Below, in pieces: positions 1-8,545 of a DNA stretch of 64,000 bases (positions within the stretch are counted from its first letter, which is position 1; each line of letters opens with the position of its first letter). The notes under the pieces are model-generated. The model saw only the letters and a list, made by a program, of their open reading frames with translations. It did not search any database and was not told the DNA's origin. The translations under genes and the position numbers were made by a program. Origin of the DNA: an uncultured Gemmatimonadales bacterium (GTDB lineage: Bacteria > Gemmatimonadota > Gemmatimonadetes > Longimicrobiales > Longimicrobiaceae); the NCBI GenBank assembly GCA_963716255.1, contig OY970303.1, positions 1,312,001 through 1,376,000 on the forward strand, read 5' to 3'.

Positions 1-930
1 CGCGGGCCGGCCGTCCTTTTCGCCCTCGGCCTCCACGCGCAGCGCCACCATGTCCGGGCTGACGCGGTAGTCCTTGCGCAGCCGCGGCCCCACGATGGAG
101 ATGAACACGTCGCGCGGCACCACGTGGGCGCCCTTGACGTCCACCGGCTCCAGGTCCAGCAGACCCAGGTCGCGGATGGCCTCCATGAGCTTTGCGTGGC
201 CGGGGAAGCGGAGCGTCTTGTACTCCATGGTGGGGACCTTCCCCTCGTAGCTCTGCGCCATGGTGGAAAGGCCGCCGGCGGTGTGGAAGGCCTCCAGCGT
301 GCCCACGCCGGGGAACTCCAGCTCCTCGATCTCGGAAAGCGCCTTGACCTGGGTGGGCTTTCCGTCCCGCAGAACCCAGGAGAGCGTGGTGTAGTAGTCG
401 AGCGCGCCCTCCAGCGAGTAGACGAGCTGGTAGTTGAGCGGGGGCTCGGGCTTCTGCGGGAGCCCGCCCACCTTGATGCGCACGGCGTCCACCCGGTCCA
501 GCCGGCTGATGCCGTGCTGCGCCAGGATGTTGACCATGCCGGGGGCCAGGCCGCAGTCGGGGACGACGCTGACGCCCTTTTCCCGCGCGCGGTCGGCGAG
601 CGCCTTCTGCTGGACCACGATCTCGGTGTTGCCGCCCAGGTCGCAGAAGTGCGAGCCGGCGTCGATGGCGGCGACGGCCATCCCCAGGTTGAAGTAGTAG
701 GGGAAGGCGCTCATGGTGGCGGTGACGCCTTCCATCACGCGGCGCACGGAGGCGCGGTCGTTGGCGTCCACCTGCTGGAGGGTGAGCCGCCCGCCGACGT
801 ACGGCTGGAGGAACGGGGCCACGCTGTCGACGTTGATGTCGGCGATGACCACGTCGTAGTCGGTGTGCGCGAGCAGGTCGTACGCACACGCAGAGCCCTG
901 AAGCCCCGCACCGAGCACGAGCATCCGCAT
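1..930 (-). CDS. Saccharopine dehydrogenase / lysine 6-dehydrogenase family protein (3' end runs off the window)
   Basis: Manual translation MRMLVLGAGLQGSACAYDLL (Rossmann GxGxxG), then HFCDLGGN, DCGLAPG, VGGLP and YKTLRFPGH motifs. Confidence 0.85.
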   Translation of the reverse strand, partial: MRMLVLGAGLQGSACAYDLLAHTDYDVVIADINVDSVAPFLQPYVGGRLTLQQVDANDRASVRRVMEGVTATMSAFPYYFNLGMAVAAIDAGSHFCDLGGNTEIVVQQKALADRAREKGVSVVPDCGLAPGMVNILAQHGISRLDRVDAVRIKVGGLPQKPEPPLNYQLVYSLEGALDYYTTLSWVLRDGKPTQVKALSEIEELEFPGVGTLEAFHTAGGLSTMAQSYEGKVPTMEYKTLRFPGHAKLMEAIRDLGLLDLEPVDVKGAHVVPRDVFISIVGPRLRKDYRVSPDMVALRVEAEGEKDGRPA

Positions 931-1171
931 ACCAGTCGCTCCTTCTCTGAAATGAGACCCGGCGCCCTGGAAGGCGCCGGGAAGTTTTTGTGGACTCGTC
1001 GAGGCGGCCGCGTGGGCCGCGCCGGCGGGAAGATACGGCCCGGGGCGGCGGAGCGCAAAGCGGGGTGCGGAGGATGGCCCGGTGTACGTATAATGCGGGA
1101 TCGGATCGTGTTTCTCCGTCCATCGCTGTTTCCTTCGTCTGTTCAGTCCATCCTCCGTCGGAACCCGGGCC

Positions 1172-3835
1172 GTGAAGAACTTCTTCATCAGCTACAACAG
1201 GGCGGACAGGGCCTGGGCGGAGTGGATCGCCTGGCAACTGGAGCATGCCGGATACAGTGTCGTCATACAGGCGTGGGACTTCGTTCCGGGGAGCAACTTC
1301 GCGTTGGAGATGGACAGGGCGGTAGCGGAGACGGAGCGCACCGTTGCCGTTCTCTCGCCGGACTTCCTGGATTCGATCTACACTGCGCCGGAGTGGGGGG
1401 CGGCGTTCGCCAACGACCCGACGGGTGCGGCCCGCAAGCTCGTGCCCGTCCGCGTATGCGAGTGCGAGCCCGCGGGAATGCTCGCCCAGATCGTTCGCAT
1501 CGACCTCGTCGGAATGGAAGACGGGGAAGCCGCCCGCGCCAAGCTGCTCCGGGAGATCGCGTCCGGCCGCCAGAAACCGGCGGAAGAACCTGGTTTTCCG
1601 GGGTTGCCGTCACCCGCCTTCCCCGGCTCGTCCCGCCCGCCGACGAAGCGGCGCCGCGCTGCCCTGCCGCGCGACCCCGACTACCTGTTCGTAAACGTCC
1701 CGCCCATGCCGACGCACTTCGTCGGGCGGGATGAACTGCTCACGGAGATGGTCGAGCGGCTGACGAGCGGGACGGACTCGGCGCTTTCCGCGAGTGGGCA
1801 GGGTGGCGTCGGCAAGACGACGATGGCCGTGGCGATCGCCCACGACCCGGCGGTACACGGTTACTTTGCGGACGGGGTGCTCTGGGCTGGACTTGGCCTG
1901 AGCCCGGACGTGATGAGCGCGCTCGCCGCCTGGGGAGATGCGCTCGGGGTGGACGCTACCCGATACCCGGAGGCTGCACAGAGAGGACAGGCGATCCGCA
2001 ACAAGATCGGGCTCCGCCGCTTCCTGCTGGTGATCGACGATGCCTGGCAGCAGGATGCGGCGATGCTCCTCAAATGCGGCGGGCCGAACTGCTGCCACCT
2101 GCTCACTACCAGGGACGACGGGATTGCTCAGGTCTTCGCTGGTGAGTCAGGAAAGGCCAAAGTACCCGTCCTCAAAGAAGAACCCGCCTTCGAACTGCTC
2201 CGCCAGTTCGCACCGCGAGCATGCAGTGCGAATCCCGATGCAGCGCGCCGACTCGCCAGGACCGTAGACGGGCTGCCGCTCGCACTGGAACTGCTGGGCG
2301 CGTACCTAGCTCCGACCAGTCGCAGCCAGTTCCCGGAACTGAGCGACAGCGCCTTCGCAGAACTGGCGGACGCGGGCCGGCGGCTGGAGCTTGCCACCAA
2401 GCGATTGGGAGACTTGCGGGGCGAGGAAGTCACTCTCCGCGCTACGATTCGGTTGAGCCTTGAAGTGCTCCCACTCGAGGCAGTCAGCGCCTTCAACAGC
2501 CTGGGTGCGTTCGCGCCCAAACCGGAGACCTTCGATCTCGAGGCTACCCGGTTCGTCACGGGGAGCGACGCACGTACAATCGCCGTTCTCGTCGAAAAGA
2601 ACCTCGTTGAAGAGGACGGCCAATCGCTGGCCTTTCACCAGACTGTCCGGGAGGTGGCATTCAGCGACATGCCCGTGGGCGCACGGGAGCGACACGCCGG
2701 ACATTATATCAGCCGAGTTGTGGCAGCGGGCGACGCCTGGCGAGACATCGAGAAGCTTTACGGACAGATCAAGTGGGCTTTCGATTCAGTGACCGCGGAC
2801 GAGTTGCCCTCATTCATTGAAGCATTAGCACAGTATCAGAGACTTCGCGGCTTGTGGGCCGACTCGATCCAATGGAAAGAACGTGGGCTGGAAGCAGCGG
2901 AGAATCGACAAGACAATAGAAGTGCCGCCGTTCTGCTCAACAATATCGGTCTAGTCTACAATAGCCTGGGCCAGCGGGAGAAGGCGCTCCAGTACCATGA
3001 GCACGCCCTCCGCATCATGCAGGAGGTCGGCGACCGATCCGGTGAAGCGGCTACGCTCAACAACATCGGTTTGGCGTACAACAAGCTGGGCCAGCGGGAG
3101 AAGGCGCTCCACTACTACGAGCGCGCTCTCCCCATCCAGCAGGAGGTCAGCGACCGATCTGGTGAGGCGAGCACGCTCAGCAACATCGGTGTGGTCTACA
3201 ACAAGCTGGGCCAGCAGGAGAAGGCGCTCCAGTACTACGAACGCGCCCTCCCCATCCAGCAGGAGGTCGGCGACCGATCCGGTGAGGCGGTCACGCTCAG
3301 CAACATCGGTGTGGTCTACAACACGCTGGGCCAGCAGGAGAAGGCGCTCCAGTACTTTGAGCGCGCACGCCCAATCCGGCAGGAGGTCGGCGACCGATCC
3401 GGTGAGGCGGTCACGCTCAACAACATCGGTGCGATCTACGACATCCTGGGCCAGCAGGAGAAGGCGCTCCAGTACTACGAGCGCGCCTTCCCCATCATGC
3501 AGGAGGTTGGCGACCGATCCGGTGAGGCGGTTATGCTCAACAACATCGGTGGGGTCTACGACACCCTGGGCCAGCGGGAGAATGCGCTCCAGTACTACGA
3601 GCGCACCCTCCCCATCCAGCAGGAGGTCGGCGACCGATCCGGTGAGGCAGTCACACGCTTCAACATTGCGATGATCCTCCGCCGGCAAGGCGAACTGGAA
3701 CGCTCGGTTGCGGAACTACGGCGTGTGGTTGCCCTGGATGAGATCGTTCAGCACCCCGACCTCGAAAAGGACCGGAAAGTCCTGGCCGAAGTCGAGGCCG
3801 AATGGAGAACGCAACAGGAACAGGACCGGCCCTGA
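1172..3835 (+). CDS. TIR - NB-ARC (STAND NTPase) - TPR repeat protein, NLR-like
   Basis: N-terminal FFISYNRADRAWAEWIAWQLE TIR_2 signature; FVGR, Walker A GQGGVGKTT, Walker B LLVIDDAW, GLPLAL; C-terminal 40-aa TPR repeats. Confidence 0.9.
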   Translation: MKNFFISYNRADRAWAEWIAWQLEHAGYSVVIQAWDFVPGSNFALEMDRAVAETERTVAVLSPDFLDSIYTAPEWGAAFANDPTGAARKLVPVRVCECEPAGMLAQIVRIDLVGMEDGEAARAKLLREIASGRQKPAEEPGFPGLPSPAFPGSSRPPTKRRRAALPRDPDYLFVNVPPMPTHFVGRDELLTEMVERLTSGTDSALSASGQGGVGKTTMAVAIAHDPAVHGYFADGVLWAGLGLSPDVMSALAAWGDALGVDATRYPEAAQRGQAIRNKIGLRRFLLVIDDAWQQDAAMLLKCGGPNCCHLLTTRDDGIAQVFAGESGKAKVPVLKEEPAFELLRQFAPRACSANPDAARRLARTVDGLPLALELLGAYLAPTSRSQFPELSDSAFAELADAGRRLELATKRLGDLRGEEVTLRATIRLSLEVLPLEAVSAFNSLGAFAPKPETFDLEATRFVTGSDARTIAVLVEKNLVEEDGQSLAFHQTVREVAFSDMPVGARERHAGHYISRVVAAGDAWRDIEKLYGQIKWAFDSVTADELPSFIEALAQYQRLRGLWADSIQWKERGLEAAENRQDNRSAAVLLNNIGLVYNSLGQREKALQYHEHALRIMQEVGDRSGEAATLNNIGLAYNKLGQREKALHYYERALPIQQEVSDRSGEASTLSNIGVVYNKLGQQEKALQYYERALPIQQEVGDRSGEAVTLSNIGVVYNTLGQQEKALQYFERARPIRQEVGDRSGEAVTLNNIGAIYDILGQQEKALQYYERAFPIMQEVGDRSGEAVMLNNIGGVYDTLGQRENALQYYERTLPIQQEVGDRSGEAVTRFNIAMILRRQGELERSVAELRRVVALDEIVQHPDLEKDRKVLAEVEAEWRTQQEQDRP
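2941..3660 (+). repeat. Six near-identical 120-bp tandem repeats encoding TPR units
   Basis: CAACATCGGT...CTGGGCCAGC(A/G)GGAGAAGGCGCTCCAGTAC...CGACCGATCCGGTGAGGCG recurs with an exact 120-nt period. Confidence 0.95.
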
Positions 3836-3875
3836 CCGATCCAGGTGAAGGCGACCGACTCCACGATACATAAAA

Positions 3876-4775
3876 TCAGGCCGCCTGGCCGCACCCCGCG
3901 CCCTCGCTCCGGAACGCGTCGTACAGGCTTCCCTCGTTCACCGCGTCCAGGTCCTCGAAGAACGGCGACTCCAGGAGCTGGTCGCGGAAGTAGCGCAGGA
4001 ACACCTCCCGCCCCGTGGCGTCCCCCTTCCACGCGCATTCCACGAACGGCCCCACCTGCGCGGCGTTCCCCCCATAGACCATCTCCACCATCGTGCCCCA
4101 CAGCGACGCCGGCGGAAACCGGCGCGCCTCTACCCAGTCGCCGCGCACCCGCGCGACCTGCCTGCGCACGGAATCCGCGGACAGCGCCGGCCTGCGCGCG
4201 AAGCGCTCCGCCATGCGGAAGCCGTCCTCCCCGGGAGCAAGCACCACCTCGGGCGCGGGGGAGCCCATGAACGACGTGTTCCAGTACGCGAAGGTCCAGT
4301 CCCGCGTGCGCAGCTCCAGCGCGCCGTCGCCATCCACGTCCTCGAACCTGGCGTTGTCGGAGTGCTCCAGCGGGATGGTGTCGAGGACGGCGAACTGCTC
4401 GCCCAGGGTGAACACGTAGTAGGTGAAACAGCAGTGCGCGCCCCCCGACCAGTCCGCGAGCACCAGCTCGGGGACGCCGTCGCCGGTGAGGTCGCGCACG
4501 GCGGGCGGCAGCGCCGCCCGCTCGCTCTCGTCCGTCCCGGGCGCCTCCCCCAGGCTGAAGCGGAACCCGGCCCCCTGCCACACCGACTCGCGCCCCTGGC
4601 GGATCACCGCGGTCTGGGCCTCGCCCGAGTCGCCCCACTGGATCTCCACCGTGTACGCGCCGTGCCGGAGCACCGGGGCCGTGGCCCCGGGCGAGGGCTG
4701 CACCGCGGCGCCACGGGCACAGCCGGCGAGGGCGAGGAATACGAACGGGAGGACGAGACGCAGCGACGGATGCAT
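3876..4775 (-). CDS. Hypothetical lipoprotein
   Basis: MHPSLRLVLPFVFLALAGC lipobox; WSGGAHCC and DVDGDG Ca-binding-like motifs. Confidence 0.7.
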   Translation of the reverse strand: MHPSLRLVLPFVFLALAGCARGAAVQPSPGATAPVLRHGAYTVEIQWGDSGEAQTAVIRQGRESVWQGAGFRFSLGEAPGTDESERAALPPAVRDLTGDGVPELVLADWSGGAHCCFTYYVFTLGEQFAVLDTIPLEHSDNARFEDVDGDGALELRTRDWTFAYWNTSFMGSPAPEVVLAPGEDGFRMAERFARRPALSADSVRRQVARVRGDWVEARRFPPASLWGTMVEMVYGGNAAQVGPFVECAWKGDATGREVFLRYFRDQLLESPFFEDLDAVNEGSLYDAFRSEGAGCGQAA

Positions 4776-4864
4776 GTGGATCCTGGACGGAAAGGGGTGA
4801 TGGATGGAGGTGCGATGAGCCGGCCGGGATACACGGCCGGGATGCTGCGGCGACCCAGCGAGCT

Positions 4865-4998
4865 GCGTGAGGGATTTCGGCCCGGAGGGGCGAGACCCGC
4901 CGGCAGTTTGGCGGGGCTCGACTCCGTTGCAGACGGTCGTTTCGTCTGCTACGGAGCCGAAGCCCGACCCCGGCGAAGCCGGGGGCACGCCCGAACCC
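4865..4998 (+). repeat. Family-1 multi-hairpin intergenic repeat, copy 1
   Basis: GCGTGAGGGATTTCGGCCC...CTCCGT..ACGGAGCCGAAGCCCGACCCCGGC..GCCGGGGGCACGCCCGAACCC; ten copies in the window. Confidence 0.9.
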
Positions 4999-5028
4999 GC
5001 CGGTCCTGTCCGTCCGTGACCCTGCCCT

Positions 5029-5709
5029 TCAGCGGGAGAAGGCCCCCGGGATCGCACCGTCCAGCAGGCGCGCCACGTCGCCCGGCTCGTCCAGGAGCCA
5101 GTCCGGCCGCTCGGCCTCCAGGGCGGCGCGCGGGAACGGCCCCCACAGCGCGCCGGCCGTGAGCGTCCCCGCGGCCCGCCCCGCCGCCAGGTCGTGCGGC
5201 GAGTCGCCCACGAACACCGCCTCCTCCGCGCGCACGCCCAGCCGCTCCAGCGCGAACAGCACTGGCTCGGGGTGCGGCTTGGGGCTGGCGACGTCCTCCG
5301 GGGTGACGATCACGGGAAAGTGGTCGACGATGCCGCACAGGTCCATCCCCCGCAGCGCCGCCTCGCGGTGCTTGCTGGTGACGATGGCGAGCCCCACCCC
5401 GCGCCGCTGCAGCACTTCCAGCGTCGCGAGGGTGCCCGGGAAGGGGGAGACCATACCGTCGTGGTGCTCGCGCTGGAAGACGCGATAGGTGTCCAGCATG
5501 GCCTCCGCCTCGGCCGTGGAGCGGGCGAAGCGGGCGATCTGCGTTTCCAGCGTCATCCCGAAGCCGCTCAGCCACTCCTCGTCCGGCGGCGCCTGCCCCA
5601 GGTGGGTGTCCATGGTGTGCCGGTACGAGCGCATGATCAGCTCGGTGCTGTCGGCGAGCGTACCGTCGAAGTCGTAGAGTACGGCCCTGATCGTCATCCG
5701 CGAATCCAT
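5029..5709 (-). CDS. HAD-superfamily hydrolase (PpaX/Gph-like)
   Basis: DFDGTLAD motif I, VTSK, KPHPEP, VGDSPHD. Confidence 0.9.
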   Translation of the reverse strand: MDSRMTIRAVLYDFDGTLADSTELIMRSYRHTMDTHLGQAPPDEEWLSGFGMTLETQIARFARSTAEAEAMLDTYRVFQREHHDGMVSPFPGTLATLEVLQRRGVGLAIVTSKHREAALRGMDLCGIVDHFPVIVTPEDVASPKPHPEPVLFALERLGVRAEEAVFVGDSPHDLAAGRAAGTLTAGALWGPFPRAALEAERPDWLLDEPGDVARLLDGAIPGAFSR

Positions 5710-5740
5710 CTGAAAAAGCCGGCTCCGTGCCGGCGGTGAT

Positions 5741-6691
5741 TCATTCGATTCCCAGCAGCCCCAGCAGCGCGGGGGTGACGTGGGTGAGGTCGCGCACCCG
5801 CTCGGCGAGGAGCTCCCTCCCCCGCCCCACCGCGATCACCGGGACCGGGTTCAGAGTGTGGCCGCCGCCCACGTCCTCCACGTTGCCGTGGTCGCTGGCG
5901 ATCACCAGAAGCGCGTCGCCGGGGAGGGCGTCCACCACGCCGCCCAGGAAGGCGTCCACCCGCTCCAGGGCGGCCACGGCCCCCGCGACGTCTTCGCGGT
6001 GGCCGGCGGCGTCGGTGTCGTAGTGGGCGTAGAGAGTCACCGCGTGCTCCGCGGCGATGCCGGCCAGGTTGCGCCCGGCCTGCGCGGCGGAAATGTCGGG
6101 GACGTCGGCGCGCAGGTCGGCGCGCCAGCGCTCGTTGGTGATGGACGACGCCACCGCGCGCCCCTGGCGCAGCTCGTCGCGGTCGCGCGTGAGCAGCCCC
6201 ACCGCGTGCGCCGCGAGCGGCGGCGCCGCCGGCCGCCGCCCCACGAACACCTCGATGCCGAAGCGCGCGATGGGGTGCGCGTTGGCGAACGCGGTGCTCC
6301 GCCCCGCGCGCAGCGCGCGGGCAAGCAGGCTTTCCGCCGCGAGCGCCGGGCGCAGCGTGGTGGGCACCCACGACCCGAAATGCCGCCCGAACTCGCGCGG
6401 CGCGTTGATGCCGGTGAGCAGCGCCGTCTGCCCGGTGCCGCTCTGCGGCCGCCCCGCCACCCCCAGCGTTGCGTCCGCGGCCACGAGCACCGCGCCCGCG
6501 GCGTCGATGCGCCCCGCGCCGTCCAGCTGCCCGCGCACCGGCAGCCGCCCCCCGAGAATCTCCCGCAGCCGCGGCAGCCGCGCCGCCACGAACGGGTTCG
6601 TCGCCGCGTCGTCCGCACCGATGCCGACGCCGTCCAGGAAGACGAGCAGGACGCGCCCGGGGGCGGTGCGGGAGTCGGGAGCGGAAGCCAT
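5741..6691 (-). CDS. Alkaline-phosphatase-superfamily metalloenzyme (cofactor-independent phosphoglycerate mutase-like)
   Basis: FLDGVGIG, PQSGTGQT, TDAAGH, SDHGNVED, HTLNPVP. Confidence 0.8.
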   Translation of the reverse strand: MASAPDSRTAPGRVLLVFLDGVGIGADDAATNPFVAARLPRLREILGGRLPVRGQLDGAGRIDAAGAVLVAADATLGVAGRPQSGTGQTALLTGINAPREFGRHFGSWVPTTLRPALAAESLLARALRAGRSTAFANAHPIARFGIEVFVGRRPAAPPLAAHAVGLLTRDRDELRQGRAVASSITNERWRADLRADVPDISAAQAGRNLAGIAAEHAVTLYAHYDTDAAGHREDVAGAVAALERVDAFLGGVVDALPGDALLVIASDHGNVEDVGGGHTLNPVPVIAVGRGRELLAERVRDLTHVTPALLGLLGIE

Positions 6692-6708
6692 GGGTGGGAC
6701 AATGTACT

Positions 6709-6751
6709 AGGGAACAGGGAATAGGGAACAGGGAACAGCCTGCAACGGCGG
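6709..6751 (+). repeat. Heptamer tandem repeat (AGGGAA[C/T]) followed by AGCCTGCAACGGCG
   Basis: agggaac agggaat agggaac agggaac agcctgcaacggcg; related copy inside the ALDH gene at 46502-46572. Confidence 0.75.
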
Positions 6752-6811
6752 GACGACGCACGATGTACGTGACGGCGCCCCCACCGGGAGATCCCGGTGG
6801 GGGCGCCGCTG

Positions 6812-6929
6812 CAGTTCACGCAGTATCCCCCAAAGTCTGTTCGAGGGGAGACAGCCGGGCAGTTCGGCTGGCTCCCGGAGCCCGCGCAGGAGACGGACGG
6901 CAGTATCGTCCGGCTCCGGAGCGGCCCCC
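6812..6929 (+). repeat. Family-2 modular hairpin repeat, copy A
   Basis: Two GAGAC-stem-GCAGT(T/AT)-stem-GGCTC hairpins ending CCGGAGCGGCCCC. Confidence 0.85.
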
Positions 6930-7016
6930 CGCACCAGACCCCGCCAGAGCAAAACGAGGCCGCCGCCCGTGAAGGCGACGACCCCGCATCCAGCCCGACT
7001 CGAAAGAAAACCCGCT

Positions 7017-8198
7017 TTACGCCGGCACCCGCAGCGACATCCCCGGCTTGATCTTGGTGCTCCGCAGCCCGTTCAGGCGCTTGAGCGTGTTGACGCTGGT
7101 GTCGTTGCGCCGCGCGATGGTCCACAGCGACTCGCCGCGCCGCACCTTGTGCGTCCGCGAGGTGGGGCGCGTGGCCCGCGCCGCCTTGGCGACCCGGGGG
7201 GTGCGCGCCGCCTCCACCCGGGCCTCGGCGGCGACCTTCGCGCTCGCCGCGGCGAAGTTGGCCGCGAAGCGGGTCTGCCGGCCCTCGGGGATGCGCACCG
7301 AGTAGGGCTTCTTCCCCGGGGGGGTCACGCCCCGGACCAGCTGCGGGTTGAGCGTGCGCAGCTCCTTCTCGCTGACGCCAACCGCCTCGGCCACCACCTC
7401 CAGGTCGGTCCCGGCGGGGACCTCCACCGCGTCGGTGCGCACGGGGAGGTAGCGCTCCACGTCGCCCAGCCCGTACTTGTGCGGCTCCTTGCCGATCAGC
7501 GCGGCGGCCAGCATGAGCGGCACGTACTCGCGGGTCTCGGCGGGAAGGCGGCGGCGGATGCGCCAGAAGTCGGCCTCCTCGCCCTTCTCGGAGCCGGTCA
7601 TCTCCTTCATGACCCGCGCGACCCGGTTCTCGCCGGTGTTGTACGCCGCGGCCGCCAGGTACCAGGAACCGAACTGATCGTACAGGTCCTGGAGGTAGCG
7701 CAGCGCGGCGTCGGTGGACTTTTCCGGGTCCTTGCGCTCGTCCACGTAGCCGTCGATGCGCAGGCCGTACCGCTCTCCCGTCCCCTCGATGAACTGCCAG
7801 AGCCCCACCGCCTGGGCGTGCGACTTGGCCGTGGGGTTGAAGCCGGACTCGATCATGGAAAGGTACATCAGGTCCTCGGGCATGCCCCGCTCGCGGAGCT
7901 TGCCGCGGATCATCCCCTCGTAGCGGCCCGAGCGCTTCAGGTACAGCGCCATGCGGTCGGACTGCTTGTTCTGGAAGATGTCGATGAAGCGCTCGACCGG
8001 TGCGTTGCGCACCACGGGGATGTCCCAGCTCGCCGACTCCACGGTGGAGGCGGTGGCCTCGGCCACCAGCGAGGTGCCGAGGACGGAGACCTGCGCGGCG
8101 GGCGCGACCCCGGTGCGGGGATCGCTCACTCCGACGACGGCGGCGCCGATCACGCTGCCAAAGAGGACCGCGACGGGGAGGGCCGACCTGAATTCCAT
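7017..8198 (-). CDS. Lytic transglycosylase (SLT) with LysM domain, MltD-like
   Basis: LSMIESGFNP, AVGLWQFI, AAYNTGE, ETREYVP; C-terminal HKVRRGESLWTIARR LysM. Confidence 0.9.
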   Translation of the reverse strand: MEFRSALPVAVLFGSVIGAAVVGVSDPRTGVAPAAQVSVLGTSLVAEATASTVESASWDIPVVRNAPVERFIDIFQNKQSDRMALYLKRSGRYEGMIRGKLRERGMPEDLMYLSMIESGFNPTAKSHAQAVGLWQFIEGTGERYGLRIDGYVDERKDPEKSTDAALRYLQDLYDQFGSWYLAAAAYNTGENRVARVMKEMTGSEKGEEADFWRIRRRLPAETREYVPLMLAAALIGKEPHKYGLGDVERYLPVRTDAVEVPAGTDLEVVAEAVGVSEKELRTLNPQLVRGVTPPGKKPYSVRIPEGRQTRFAANFAAASAKVAAEARVEAARTPRVAKAARATRPTSRTHKVRRGESLWTIARRNDTSVNTLKRLNGLRSTKIKPGMSLRVPA

Positions 8199-8288
8199 TC
8201 GTGCCTCCAGGGGTGGATCAGAACGACGATCGCGCCGAGGGGGGTTCCAGCGCTCTGGACAACCGGCAGATGTCTTCGAGACGCCTCG

Positions 8289-8317
8289 AATATACGCCTT
8301 GCCGCCAGGGAAATCAA
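8289..8317 (-). promoter_or_regulatory. Putative sigma70 promoter of the mltD-like gene
   Basis: Minus strand TTGATT-17 nt-TATATT. Confidence 0.5.
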
Positions 8318-8545
8318 TGCGGCGATTGCAGATACGCAAACAGATCGCGGAATTGCGCACCGCCCGCCGCCGCGCCGCCGGCCCGGAAACCCGCGCGGGG
8401 CCTGCAACCTTGCACGGAGATACCTGCGCGGACGCGGCAAGGTTCCACCCGTTGGAACGAAACGCGTTACGATAGATCATCCCCAAAAGGGCGCTGCCCC
8501 GGGCGGGGCGCGTTCCCTCATGGGAACACGTGGACCCGCGCGCGC

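Noticed and set aside
124..1734. Long + strand ORF, and the many other long Arg/Gly/Pro-rich ORFs in the track (e.g. 6969-9356, 22647-26279, 55621-59640)
   Set aside because: Shadow ORFs antisense to or out of frame with well-supported genes; expected in very high-GC DNA, with no recognisable motifs
2941..3660. Regular 120-bp periodicity as a possible CRISPR array
   Set aside because: No unique spacers; the repeats are in-frame TPR-coding units
4865..4998. Family-1 repeat as a tRNA or CRISPR unit (GGGTTCG end, variable inner segments)
   Set aside because: No D-loop, anticodon arm or CCA geometry; copies are dispersed, variable parts are self-complementary stems, and there are no cas genes
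6774..6807. Perfect hairpin GGCGCCCCCACCGGGA..TCCCGGTGGGGGCGCC as an intrinsic terminator
   Set aside because: No U-tract on either side and embedded among repeat modules; function cannot be assigned
8199..8545. Possible c-di-AMP or other riboswitch upstream of the lytic transglycosylase
   Set aside because: No recognisable consensus by eye; only a plausible sigma70 promoter. An Rfam scan would be needed
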